A stretch of DNA of 64,000 nucleotides from Balamuthia mandrillaris. Taxonomy: Eukaryota. Numbering within the stretch: position 1 is the first letter of the stretch; every line of letters begins with the position of its first letter. The position numbers were made by a program, and so were the translations under genes. Shown one piece after another: positions 1 to 12,288 of the stretch. Below the pieces are notes generated by a model. That model did no database searches. It worked only from the letters and a program-made list of their open reading frames with translations, and was not told where the DNA came from. The stretch spans positions 62,001 to 126,000 of the forward strand of contig JAVKOQ020000115.1 of the NCBI GenBank assembly GCA_031835245.2. The letters are read 5' to 3'.

Positions 1-544
1 ATGCCGCCGTATTTGACGATGGCTTGCTCGTAAGCTTCACACTCTTGACAAAAGTCAGGAGCGTTGCCGTCTAATATGTGGATATTTTCTGGGGGTATGT
101 CCACTTGAGAAAAGAGGTGCTTGTGCATGAAAGAGTGATAGCTCTGTTCATGCTCTCGAGGAAGACCTGTGAGCACAACCAGGTTGGCTTACACATGCGG
201 TGCTGAAAGAAAGCGAAGGGGAAAAAAAGAGCAACTGACCGACATACTCGTCCATATTAAACGTTACAACATGTTTGAATGACAATTCGCCCTTCTTGTG
301 CCATTCTACTAACCGCTGCAGCAACAAAGAAGCGGAACAAAAAAGTGGGGCGGGTAAGCAAAAAGACAGAGAGAGCAAAGAAGGGAGCAACAACCTTGTA
401 GGTACCGATGGGCGTACTTCCCGTGGGCAGGCCGAGCACAAATGGCTTCTCCGCTGTTGGTTTGTACTCCAAGATCCGCTTTTTAACGTAATTGGCCACC
501 CACTCGCTGACCTCCTCACCAGTTTCACGAACGATAAGTCGCAT
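1..544 (-). CDS. GNPDA: Glucosamine-6-phosphate deaminase, 5' part (runs off the window)
   Basis: Joined exons read MRLIVRET...FVLGLPTGSTPIGTYK | RLVEWHKKGELSFKHVVTFNMDEYVG | LPREHEQSYHSFM; the GLPTGSTP and FNMDEYVG motifs are NagB/GNPDA signatures; two GT-AG introns. Confidence 0.95.
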
Positions 545-611
545 CTGTTCTTCTCTTTTTCTTTTCTTTTCGTCTCTTTTCTTCTTTTTTGTCGACAAAA
601 GCAGAAAGCAA

Positions 612-1230
612 ATGAGCGTGGCGCGACGTAGCAGCAAGACAACCACCCGCTACCCAAAAGAAGAGCTGAAAGCGGAGGACGCCGGGTCCACGCTGGCCTC
701 CACCAATGACCTGCACCTCCTGCGGAAGTTGTGGCATGTGCTGGGTGGGGCCGGAATCGCTCTGTCTTATGAGTGGTGGCTGTCGTGGGGGCAGTGCTCG
801 GCCCTTTTGGGCGTGCTGTTTCTTGGCTTGGTTTTGGTGGAAGTCGGAAAGAGTCACAAGAGCAACCTCTCCACCATAGTGCTGAAGATATCCAGCCCGC
901 TGCTGCGCAAGCATGAAGTCACTGGCTTAAGTGGGTCCTTCTACTTTATGTTTGGTTGTCTCGTTGTGGTCCTACTATTCCCTAAGTATATTGCAGTACT
1001 TTCCATCTTGCTCCTGTCTGTTGGTGACCCAATAGCCTCTGCAGTCGGGTATGCTTTTCTCTTTCTCGTTTCTCATTTCTCATTTCTCCTCATTTCTCTT
1101 TCTCATTTCTCTTTCTCTTTCTCTTTCTCTTTCTCTTTCTCTTTCTCTTTCTCTTTCTCTTTCTCTTTCTCTTTCTCTTTCTCTTCCTCTTCTTTTTCTC
1201 TTCCTCTTCCTCTTCCTCTTCCTCTTTGTT

Positions 1231-1263
<33 letters not shown>

Positions 1264-1642
1264 TTGTCTTTTTCTCTTTTATCATTTCTTTTTCTCTTTT
1301 TTCTCTTTGCTTTTTTTGTTTCTAATTTTACTTTATTTTATTTATTTCAGGATATTTTTTGGAAAGTTCTTTAAGTTATCAAATGGAAAGTCACTTTTAG
1401 GTTTTTTTGCAGGTTTTTTATTTAATATGCTTGTTGCATATTATTATTTAAATATAGTTAGTACAAGGTTCTCTATTATCAATATAAATTTGTTATTTAT
1501 ATTGATTGGAGCTTTGACTGCAAGTTTGACTGAAGTATTAATTTCATGTACACGACCAAGACCCTTTCCTTGGGATGATAACTTTGTTATTCCAATAGTT
1601 ACAGCTATTGTATTATCATTGTATGATTTTTTTATAATATAA
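612..1642 (+). CDS. CTP-dependent diacylglycerol kinase / phytol-dolichol kinase family membrane protein
   Basis: RKLWH, LLRKHE, SVGDPIASAVG | KSLLG and WDDNFVIP motifs of the DGK1/cytidylyltransferase-like kinase family; intron at about 1049-1350. Confidence 0.85.
1095..1185. repeat. (TTTCTC)n hexanucleotide microsatellite in the DGK1-like intron
   Basis: Tandem repeat visible directly. Confidence 0.9.
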
Positions 1643-2597
1643 CATTTAAACTTCTTTTATTACAATTATGATAATAATGTACTTAAGTATAGAACCAAGA
1701 AACAAGTATTGTTTCTTCCTTTCTTATAATATTACTTAGTACTTTCAAGTTTTCCAAAATACTTTTTTTCCCTTTTTTTATTATATTTATTAGTGCTTAA
1801 CTAGAAGTACAAATTTAAATTCTATAAACAATGGAAACTGGAGCCTATAACATTGGGCTCTTGTCACCAAGGTCTTTTCTTGTTCTATTCTTTCAATAAA
1901 TAGTTCAAGAAGAAACAATATTCTGAGTAAAAAAAGAAACATATATGTAATATAAAAAAAGTCAACTAAAACAAAATCATAAAATCCATTGTAATCACTT
2001 TTTAGAAAATTTTAAAAGGAATCATTAACACAAACAAATAGGACCAAAACATATAATTTAAAGAGGAAACAAAGGAACAAAGGATATCAAGAAGAAAAGG
2101 TGTAGTATGAACAAAACAAATTAACTAAAAGAAAAGAAAGCAATAAAATAAAAAAAAGAAGCATCATAATATGACAGCAAGTAATTGGTTCATATAACAG
2201 ACTATATAGTGTCCTTGAAGTTGTTTTCTTTTCAACTTTGTTATAGTTTATTAGTTGAATTTAACCTTAGTAATAAACAAGTTAATAATGAGATATGAAG
2301 TGTATTCAAAAGAATAGAAAAAAGACAACTTTTGTTTAAAAATTCTCTTAAATTGTTAATATTTAAAAAGATTGTAAAACATGTAATTGGATTGTAGGCC
2401 ACACAGGGGTTTCCTAAAGCACTTTGGAATCTAAGCTGCACGGAAGGAAGGTACGTACCTTCCTTTTAAGGATAGCTTGTTTAAAACAAAACCTAAACGT
2501 TTAAACGTTGAACCTCGTAGGTGAAGAAAGCACAACCTATTAGCGTGGCTTGCAGTTTTAGCCTCGAAAAAAGTTGCAGACGGAAAAATACAGAAAG

Positions 2598-3553
2598 ATG
2601 CAAGGACCGGAGGACTCTTCTTCTTGGGTTGCGTTATCCCTCGATAAGGTACCAAAACAAACAAATAAACGTAAATTCTAGTGAATAACTAACAGTAAAT
2701 CCTCACCGGCAGGAAGCATGGGATGACACCGAGCTCGTGTCTGCCTACAACAAGGCTATAAAGTATTACAACGTACTTTCGCGCAGCACCCTTTTTTTGT
2801 CTTTCTCGCTTTGTCTAACGTCTGCCGCAGGAAAAACATGGTGCAGGGAAGGAGGAACTTGCCAGTGCTAGTTCCCCTTCTTTGGTGCCAACGCGCACCA
2901 CTCGACTCACGCCAAATAACAAGAAAAGAAGAACCTCCCAACGCAAACCCACCTCCTCATCCGTACCCTCCTCTCCCCTGGCACCGCAACCAAAAGAGAC
3001 CAATCAGATCCAGCCTTCTCCTTCTCCTTCTTCGGCTGCTTCCTCCTCTTCCTCCTCTGTTGATTCTTCCCTCACCAACGCTGCCACTGATAGCAGCGAT
3101 ACGGCAGCATGGCAACAACAGTACAATAGTGGCTTTTGCTACTACCCCTCCTCCACTTCCTCCGCCCACTCTCACCACCAGCTCACGCCTCCTTCCATTT
3201 CAACAAGCACGATGCCCCCTGTCTCATCGTTATCTCCTTCTTTCCCTCCATTTCCTATCCCTTCCTTTCCTTGCAACACACCCACAACGAACGAAAGAGC
3301 AGGAGGAGAAGGTGGGATGAGGCTTGATAGCCAGGAACTAGGCAGTTTGTTGATGGCCTGGTACTACTGCGGTTATTTTACGGGCAGATATCAAACCTTG
3401 CGTGAGGCTGCATCTTATCTACCGCAACCTCTAGCACCTACCCACTCAAATGTTACTGCAGCGCCCTCTACCACAACCACAACAATTACGAGCACTGGTT
3501 CAAAAAAGAGGCCATTCCCTTCCCCTTCCTCTGATGCTGACCATCACCCTTAG
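2598..3553 (+). CDS. SMN: Survival motor neuron (SMN) protein
   Basis: Exon 2 (from 2713) reads EAWDDTELVSAYNKAI, the Gemin2-binding WDD motif; the C-terminal LLMAWYYCGYFTGRY is the YG-box; introns 2649-2712 and 2773-2830. Confidence 0.88.
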
Positions 3554-3668
3554 TCACAGAGAGAAAGAGAGAGATTGCATAATGTATATGCACTTATATG
3601 CAGAGTCAAATGTAAATGAAGGGCTTCAAAAAGAATAAAGGCCTCTCTGAACTCTTTTGTAAAGCGTG

Positions 3669-5891
3669 TTAGAAAGAACGAGCAACTAGAACTGCCGCAA
3701 TTAGCACCACAACGTACAACCAAAACGTTGGGCTGACCAGTTGCTTGTGGAAAGGTATTGGACAACCACCACTTGTTGCCTGCTTTGCTGGGAAGTAGTT
3801 GGTGGAAGGAGCAGCAGTGGTATGTGAAGATGTTTGTACTGTGTTGTCCTCATGTCTAGCTTTGTTACTTGCTGGAATGCCATTCTCCTTGTTCTCAACG
3901 ATGCCTGTGTTGGTGGTCTTCTTTCTAGAGAAGAAAGGACATTGGGCGACATCTCCACTACTTGGATGACCGCTTGGCATGAATGGCACCACAGCTTCTT
4001 TGTCGTTATTGTTGCTTTTCTTCTGTGGGGTACACGGTTGGAGTTGGTGATCGTTGTCGCTGTCGGTTTCACTCTCGCTTTCGCTTTCTGTCTCGGTATC
4101 CTCCTCATCCAATTTGTCATGTTTACAATCGTCATCATCAATTGGTCGCAGTTTTCGTGGCTGCAGTTTCAGAAAAGGACAAGCTCCTCTCCGTTCCTCT
4201 TCTTCAAGAGCTGTGATTGTGAACTTTAGAGGAGAAGAGGCAACAAAGAGAAAGACAAAGGGAGGGGTGAAAAAGACGCGTGTACCTTTCTTCTGTTCTA
4301 AGCGATACTTTTCTCTGACGTTTAAAATTTGTGGAACGTCGTCAGTTGTGAGAATTGCAGAGTCAGAGTCATCGTCATCTTCCACATGGGTGGCCAATTG
4401 GGTCAGCTCCTTATCTGTCATAGAAAGCAACTTAGAGAGATCTTTTGGTAGGCTATGTCTGCAACTGTGCACCACTATTATATTTGTATCGTTGTCATCA
4501 TTGTGAATAAGTTTGAAACTTGGAGAAGATTGGAGGAGGGTTACATTTCAACAACGCGCTGAAAGCGGAAGAAGCATATTCAATGGCACGTCTTTTGTCC
4601 TTGTTTGCGATAGTGAGAGAGGCTCCCTCCCTCACCAGAATGTAAGCGATGCCCTCCTGCACTGGTGATATCGGATAGTTGTTGCTAAATAACCTTTGCA
4701 ATTGAACTTACCAACAGCCAGACAAATGATGAAATAGTCAGAGAAAAATAGACCAAAAAGTGAAAGGCTCATTCTTGCTTACTTTGGAAAGCGTGGTGTA
4801 AAGCTGTGTCTCCCATTTTGTCCTGTTGATTGATGTTGTGGCGCACCGTCTCTTCGTTTAGCAACAACTTGAGGAAGGCTTCTCTCTCCGTCGCAGCCGA
4901 TAACATTAGTGGCGTTAACATATCTTTTTCGATTGTTGTAATCTTTTTAAATAACAACCTTATTCATTTTTTACAAGAAAGGAATAGAGTAACAAACCAT
5001 CGTCCACAGGGTTCAAGTCAAGATCTGGTTGGCGCATGAGGACGGTTGCAAGAGAAGGGTGCCCATTGCTACAACAAACATGCAACGGGGTTTGCCCTTT
5101 GTAGTTTCTCGCGTTCACGTTAATAATACCTCCTTTTCGTTGTGTCTTTGGCTTTTGCAGCAAAACGGCCAACACTGGTCCGCACTCTGCCCGCGAACAA
5201 GCGAAGTGAAGTGGCGTGTACCTGGATTACCATACAACAATCGTGCACGTAAGGGATGACAAGAAGAACGAACGTGAACAAGAAGAGCTAGAAGTAAATA
5301 GAGAAATGAATCAAAAAGAGGAAAGAAAGGGAGCATTAGTAGTACCCGGTATAAACATCGCTGGATGAAGCGAGGTTGATGTCAGCCCCGGCCTCCAACA
5401 GCAGTTGAACGAGAGCAGCATTATTCTTCCGAACTGTGAAATGGCAATTATTGTTTGACGGTTCGAACGTTACCGCTACTTTTTCTGCGAACACATCAAA
5501 AAAAAAACTCCGTACCAGCGTAGTGCAAGGCGGCACAGCCTTCTTCCTTGTCAAGTCGGTTGATGAAGCTCTGCGCCACACCCTCATCCGCTTTTTCGGC
5601 AACGGCCCGCAACAAGAGAGCAACGATGGCGGGGTGTTGCCGCTCCACCGCCAAATGGAGGGCCGTTCTGCCTTTTTCGTCTGTGCACGGGTTTTCGAAG
5701 GCACGTCCGGGAAGCCGCTGAAGCAGCTCCTTCACCTGGTCCTCCCCTCCCTTCTGCGCCACCAACAACAAATCCGCTTCCAACTGTGCTTCTTCTGCCA
5801 TGCAGTACGCTACGTTTTTTTGTTTTGGTGTTTTCTGCATGACGACACGAGAGCCGGCCTTGGTTTTGTTCGTGTCGTCATGTGCTTCCAT
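3669..5891 (-). CDS. Ankyrin-repeat protein with a C-terminal tail anchor
   Basis: Repeated GRTALHLA / GQTPLHVC / GDTALHHA ankyrin motifs over several exons; terminal hydrophobic helix FWLYVVVLIAAVLVARSF. Confidence 0.85.
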
Positions 5892-5948
5892 GTGTCGACG
5901 TGATATATCCTCTTGGTCAAAAGCCAGAGAAGGCAGGAAAAAGCCGCA

Positions 5949-7714
5949 ATGGAGGGAGCGTTCACGAGGAAGAACTTGGCTCTGAATGATGGAAGGGCGG
6001 CTGGCCGTGGCAGGATTGAGCTCACCGAGTCAGAGGTAGAATCCGCATTCGTTTACTTAAACTCGCTTTTTCAGCAGGACCCGCTCATGTGCGCTCCCTT
6101 TTCTCCTCACTCCTCTTTGGTCCTCTCATACGGTTTTGAAAAAAAAAAAGAGATGAATTGGGATTTGTTACAGACCCCTCTGCTTTTGTCAAAAAGGGCA
6201 ACGGCGGTGGAAGCAGCACGGCAGAAGAGTCCACAGAGAAGAAGACTCCACTACGCATTCCACAGGATTTATTCTACTGTGAGAATCACAAGCTGGGCAT
6301 CTGCTTTGATGTGATACCCTCTCTCTACCGCTTCGCACAGTCCATCCTTACGAGGACCAAAGCGGAAGTGCAGCGTACCGCGAATAGCGAGCAGGAGCAC
6401 CTTGCCGCAATGCGCACCCTGTTGCACTACTCAACTCGCACTGTACTTCTCATCAATGCTGAGAATTACTCTGCTTGGAACGTTAGGTTGGTTTCTCCTG
6501 TTCTTTTCTTTCTCGTTCTTCCTCTCGCCGTGTAAGCGCGGTCCTGAAAAAAAAAAACCAAAAAACAAAGGAAGGAACTGTTGAGCGAAGGTCATTTGGG
6601 GTTGCTTACCGAGCTACAGCTGCTGAATTTGGTCTTCACCAAACATCCAAAGAGCGGTGAGGCATGGGGCCATCGTCTCTGGTTGCTGCAGCAGCTGCTG
6701 CTCTACTGGGCCGTCCATGTTCCTTCGCAACAAAACTTGGGAGGTGCTAAAGAAAAGAAAGAAGAGGATCAACTGGCGACATTGTCGTTAGAAGAGAAAG
6801 TGGAGGACGAACTGGAGAGGTGCATGCGAGTGGCGGAGATATACCCAAAGAACTACCATGCGTGGAGTCATCGCACTCACATGATTTACCTGTTGAACGT
6901 GGCGCAGACGAGGAGGGATCTGGGTGGGGATCAGAGGATGGAGGGATGGGTCAGGCGGCATGTCTCTGATTACTGCGGCTTTCATCAGAGGCAGACCTTG
7001 TTGCTGCAGTTGATGAGGCTGTGTGGCTTTCGTTCGGAGTCTTATAAGAGAGAAGACCTCTTTCAAATTGCACATCAGCATCGATGCAGTCAAAGACGCG
7101 TGAACGTAGGAGAAGAAGAGAAGGAGGATGAGGGTGACATTGCGGATTGTGTGTTGCGATGGAGGAAAGAGTTTTGGTTGTGTAGAAAGTTGCTGTTGTT
7201 GTATCCTGGACACGAAGCGTTGTGGCAGCATCGACGCTTTTTGTTTTGGCATTGGCATTGCGAGCTCAAGCCACAAGTTCCCCCCCACCATCTCTGTTCT
7301 TCTTCAGGCATGACCAATCACGCAAAAACAGAAGAGGAAGAAGCCAAGAAGGAAAGTAAAGAGAAGTTAGGGTTGGAGGATCCAAAGACGGAAGCCGCAA
7401 GAGAAGATGAGCTAGGATGGCCAAAGGTAGAGGAGGAAATGCGCTTAGCGCAGGAATGCATGACTGATGCTGATGTGGAACGATTCCAACGGCAACGTAC
7501 GTTGGCCGCCGCTTATCTAGTTTGGGTCTTGGAAACAAGTCGTCAGCGGAAGAAGGAAGGAGTAGCCAGTCAACATAGCGATAAAGAAGAAAAGCAGAAG
7601 AAAGAGGAGAAGCAAGAACGGCGGCAAATGGAGCTCGATACGCTGGCGTTCTTGGCGAAGAACGATCCTATTCATGCCAACCTTTGGAGGGCTAAGCTTG
7701 CTCTTCTGCGATAG
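5949..7714 (+). CDS. PTAR1: Protein prenyltransferase alpha-subunit repeat protein
   Basis: PPTA repeats NAENYSAWNVR, HPKSGEAWGHR, YPKNYHAWSHR, HVSDYCGFHQR and YPGHEALWQHR; N-terminal PLIDELGF. Confidence 0.85.
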
Positions 7715-7816
7715 AAAGGAGGAAAGCGTGAAGCAGGAAGAGATTACTTTAAATGATGTTGAAGTCAAAGTTTACAAAAAAAAGGAGAAAGAAAAATTGT
7801 TGTGAGATAACTAGCA

Positions 7817-9672
7817 CTAGTCTTCGTTGGGCCAAGCAGCTAAATCACCCGCCTCGAAACGTTCTTCATCAAAGTAAGTGGCCTCCACCACTCTCTTCGC
7901 AAAGAATCTCCCATTCAAGTTATTCCGTGCTGTCAAAAACATGGAAGCAAAGAGAAGGGAGAAAGGAAAGTTAACACGAAAGCAGCAGAATAAAGAATAA
8001 TGACGAACCTCGTTCAGCAGAGTCACAATCCTCAAATTGGACAAAAATGCGAACAGCCTTTTGGGGTGGCACGGACGGATCCTTCTCCTCGTGAATTTCA
8101 CAGCGGCGTACTTTGCCAAACTTAGTGCACTCCTCCGCTGTCTCTGGAGCCAACTCCTCGTCAACGTCTCCTGGTCCCACCATGTTCTTTTTGTTTTAAG
8201 AGATGAGCAACACAAGTTAACAGCGAAGACAGAGAGAGAGAGAGAGAGAGAGAGATGAGAGAGATGAGAGAGATGTACACGAAGTAAGACCACGCGCGTT
8301 CTAGCGTCTTTGGTGCGACTGCGTTTGGGCGGTGGTTCGGCGGCTATTATGAGGCTGTGACCTGTGTTCATTTTTTTGTGTAATAGTGGCTTCTTTATTC
8401 CATCGCCTCGTTTTCCCAATCCTTTATTCATGAATACATATTGTTAATGAAGGAAGAGAGAGAGAGAGAGAGAGAGAGTAAGGAGAGATAAGACCTGAAA
8501 AAGAAAAGGGTTAAACGTACCTTGTCCTTCATTCCATCCCATTTTCTTCATCATACGTTCAGCAACCGTACCCGCTTCAGCTCCACCAGTAGCAGGAGCA
8601 GGAGCAGGAGCAGAAGTAGCAGGCTCATCACCATAGGAATACGCAAAAGCAGCAGGAGCGGCCGCAGCAGGAGCTTGCTGGCCACTCAGCCGAGCTCTTC
8701 GAAGGTATGCCTCCTCTCCTGAGATATTTAGTTGTGGTTGTGGCGGTGGTGCGTCTGCTTCTGGTGGCGCAAATGGTGGTGGCGCCGCTTCAAAGGAAGG
8801 CGGAGGAGACCATCCCCCCCGATCTGTTTCTTTATATGTGGAGTCTGTTGTGCATAGGCGTTGGGTTGAGACAACCGAGAACAGCACAGAAGAATGGATA
8901 ACACCAGGAAGTACCTCCAAAGCGTCTTTCATCTTCCTCTTCATCATAATGTTGTTGCTGCTGTTGCCTGAACTGCCGCCGTTGACGTTTCTTGAGGCAT
9001 TCCTCATAGTCGTTGGGGCGAATAGGGTCATATGGGTCCTCTATGTCTTGTGGTATCAGCGGCAGCGACGACGCTGTTGAAGCGGGTGCCGTTGGTGCTG
9101 CTGTTATGGAAGAAGTGGGAAAAGGTGCGGCAATAGAAGAGGAAGAAGGCTTTCATGAACTTATTAGTACAGCAAAAAAAAGGAGAGAGGGGAGAGGGAG
9201 AGAGTACAGTGGTAGGGGCTGAGGAGTGGTTGCGAGAAGGAGCTGCGATCGTAGCTGCAGAGTGGGCACGAGAGGTTTGGCTTTGCATGCTCTGCATGCG
9301 TTTCTTTTTGAGGAGCACGCTCTGGGCAAGGGCATTGATGGAGGGAGAGACATCTTTACCAGCACCCAACCAACCAACCGCTGGCGACGACTTGGCCTCC
9401 GCGGCTGTTTTTGGAGGAAAGGGGAAAAACAGCCGCATGTTAGCGTCTTCGAAAAGTGAAGAGGAAGAAAGAAGGAAAGGTCTCCCAAGCTTACATGAAG
9501 AAGGCTGCTGCGCAGCAGCAGGGCTGGTTGCAGTCGAAGAAGTGCTACTTGCCTTGGGAGAGGCAGTGATAGATGTGGTGTTGTTGTTGTTGGCGGAGCT
9601 ATTGGGAGTGGAAGCGGCAGCAGCTCCCCCGCTGTTCTTCGGCGCCGGCAGGTCCGAGTAAAGCCCAAACAT
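7817..9672 (-). CDS. SPF45: Splicing factor 45 (G-patch plus UHM/RRM)
   Basis: MFGLYSDLP start, SGEEAYLRR motif, G-patch MMKKMGWNEGQGLG, and UHM MVGPGDVDEELAPETAEECTKFG...LNGRFFAKR. Confidence 0.92.
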
Positions 9673-9854
9673 GCTTCTCTGCAGCTCCTTTTTTTTTTGC
9701 TTCTCCTTTCTCCTTCTTGCCACAAAGCAGGCTATTAGGTTGAAGCCTTTCATGTAGGCTATCCCTCGGGGAATTAATTATTGTGATGGTTATTCCCCCG
9801 CCGGCTACCGCGCCTTGCAATAAAAAAAAATAGAGAGAAGAAAAAGGGCAGAAG

Positions 9855-9979
9855 ATGAACGCTGGCAGTAGTGGTAACAGCACCAAGGTCGACCTTAGCT
9901 TGAAGGGCAAAACCCTGTTCATCACTGGTGCCAGTCGAGGCATTGGTCTGGCGATTGCCTTGAGGTCAGTTTGTTTTTC

Positions 9980-10032
<53 letters not shown>

Positions 10033-11193
10033 CTCTCTCTCTCTTCTCTCTCTCTCTCTCTCATCGTTTTCTGATTCATTTTTTTGGGTGCGTGTGGGTG
10101 ACAAAAAAATATGATATGAAACAGAGCGGCAAAAGAAGGAGCCAACATCATTCTGGCTGCCAAAACCGATAAACCTCATCCGTCGTTGCCTGGTACCATC
10201 TACACGGCGGCCAAGGAGATCGAGGAGGCTGGCGGACAGGCGCTGCCCCTCAAAGTGGACGTTCGCTCCGAGGAGGAAGTGCGCGAGGCCGTTGCCAAAG
10301 GTGCCAAACACTTTGGCGGCATCGACATCCTTGTCAACAATGCCAGTGCTATCTTTCCCAAAGGTTTCTTTTCAGTTTCTCTCCACACTTTTGTTCAGCA
10401 GGTGGGCTAACACTGCAAAAAAAGGAACTTTGTCTGTCCCGATGAAGCGCTACGATTTGATGCAAGGGGTTAATGCTCGTGCTACGTTTATGTGTTCGCA
10501 GGCATGCTTGCCCTACCTGATAGAGAGCGCCAAAAAGGGCAGGAACCCGCACATACTGAACCTCTCCCCGCCGCTCCACATGGACCCCAAGTGGTTCAGG
10601 AACACCACCGCCTACACCATTTCCAAGTATGGCATGTCCATGTGTGCTCTCGGCATGGCTGCTGAGTTCAAGGCACGTGCGCAGTTGGTTTTTTTTGTTT
10701 GTGCTTTCATAGTTTACTGACTGTATGTATATTTAATTTAAAGAACGATGGCATTGCAGTTAATGCTTTGTGGCCAAGGACTGCGATTGGTTTGAATTTC
10801 CTTCATTCTTCTTTCTTCATTCTTCTGTCAGCGCTCTCTCTATCTCTCTCTCTCTTTTTTTTTGTTTTTTGTCCAGTGGTCCAGTTTCTTTTGGATCAAT
10901 CCTAAGTGATAATAATAGCCACCGCTGCCATTCAAAACGTGCTGGGTGGAGATGAAGCAATGATGAGATGCCGAAAGCCATCGATCATGGCGGATGCTGC
11001 CTATTACATTCTCACCTCTCCATCAACGGAGTGCACTGGCAACTTCTTCATCGATGACAAGGTGCTGGAGGCTGTTGGGAAGACGGACCTCTCCGAGTAC
11101 TCGGTGTCCCCTGGTCAGACAGAGTTCATGCCTGACTTCTTTGTGGAAGAGGATGATGGTGCTGGTGTTGGACTTCGCAAAGCTCGGCTGTGA
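9855..11193 (+). CDS. HSDL2: HSDL2-like short-chain dehydrogenase with a PTS1-like C-terminus (ARL)
   Basis: TGASRGIG, LVNNAS, YTISK (YxxxK) and VNALWPRTAI motifs; ends -KARL. Confidence 0.9.
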
Positions 11194-11386
11194 GCATTGA
11201 TCTATCTTCAAAACTCTGGTTGTAAAGCTTAAAATCTACAGAAAGAACAAAAAACACTCTGTTTCTTCTTTATTGCTTTCTCCCGCCCATTGCAACAATA
11301 TTGAAAGACAGTTGTTTCGCTGTGAGATAGGACAGGAGAGAGTCGACAAAAATCGCAGGAGAAAGAAAAGAAAGGGAGAAAAAGAA

Positions 11387-12088
11387 ATGGGATCGACTGG
11401 GGAGATACGGCACAGTTGCTTTGACTTTTTGATGATGGAAATGGTGGACTACGTCATTAAGTCGGCAGGGAATGGGGAAGGCGGGAACGGAAGCGCTGCC
11501 AACACTCAAGTGTACGAGAAATTGGAAAACTTGGGGTTCAGAGTGGGCCAAGGCATGGTAGAAAGGTTTGTTTGCATCGACAAAAAACAACCTCGTGCGT
11601 CTTGGTTGGTGAGACTTACTTTTTCTTGTGCACATTCAGAGTAGCAAAGGACAAGCAGAGACTGCAAACCTCCCTTGAATGTATCAAATTCCTATGTAAA
11701 GACTTTTGGAACACTTTGTACAACAAATCCATTGATAACCTGCGAACAAACCACAAGGTACACTTTTTTTTGGGTCTCTTGTGTACATGTTCTGATCTCG
11801 CTGCAAACAAAAAGGGGGTGTTTGTGCTGACAGATAAACACTTCCACTGGCTTTCGCATGTGGGTGCATCTCCAGAACTGGCCGCCAACTATATCACATT
11901 TCCGTGCGGCATCATACGTGGTGCATTGGACAACCTGGGCATTGCTTGCTCTGTTACTGCTGACATTTCAGCCGTCCCTGCTTGTGAGTTACCTTTTTCT
12001 CCTGCTCTTCCTCGTTCTAGACCTAATTTTTTTTTCTTTCGTCTTCATTCTCTTTGCTTCAGGCGTTTTTACAATCAAGACACAATAA
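11387..12088 (+). CDS. TRAPPC6: TRAPP complex subunit 6 (Trs33, Bet3 family)
   Basis: KLENLGFRVGQGMVER, IKFLCKDFW, IDNLRTNHKGVFVLTD and FPCGIIRGAL motifs. Confidence 0.92.
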
Positions 12089-12288
12089 AGAGAAGAAGAA
12101 CAAGAACAAGAAGAACAACGAAGAACAACAAGAACAAGGAAGGTAACGATGAAGACGACCACGATTACCCTTGTTTCTCTTTGAACAAAAAGCATTTTTT
12201 TTTTCAGCGTTGTTGGTGGCGAGTGTCGAACTCGAGTCCCATCACACACAAAGAAATTTAACGAAAGCAGAGGAGAGAAGAGGAAGAG

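Noticed and set aside
9768..9799. Imperfect GGGGAAT...ATTCCCC hairpin in the SPF45/HSDL2 divergent promoter
   Set aside because: Short, needs G-U pairs and a bulge, single occurrence.
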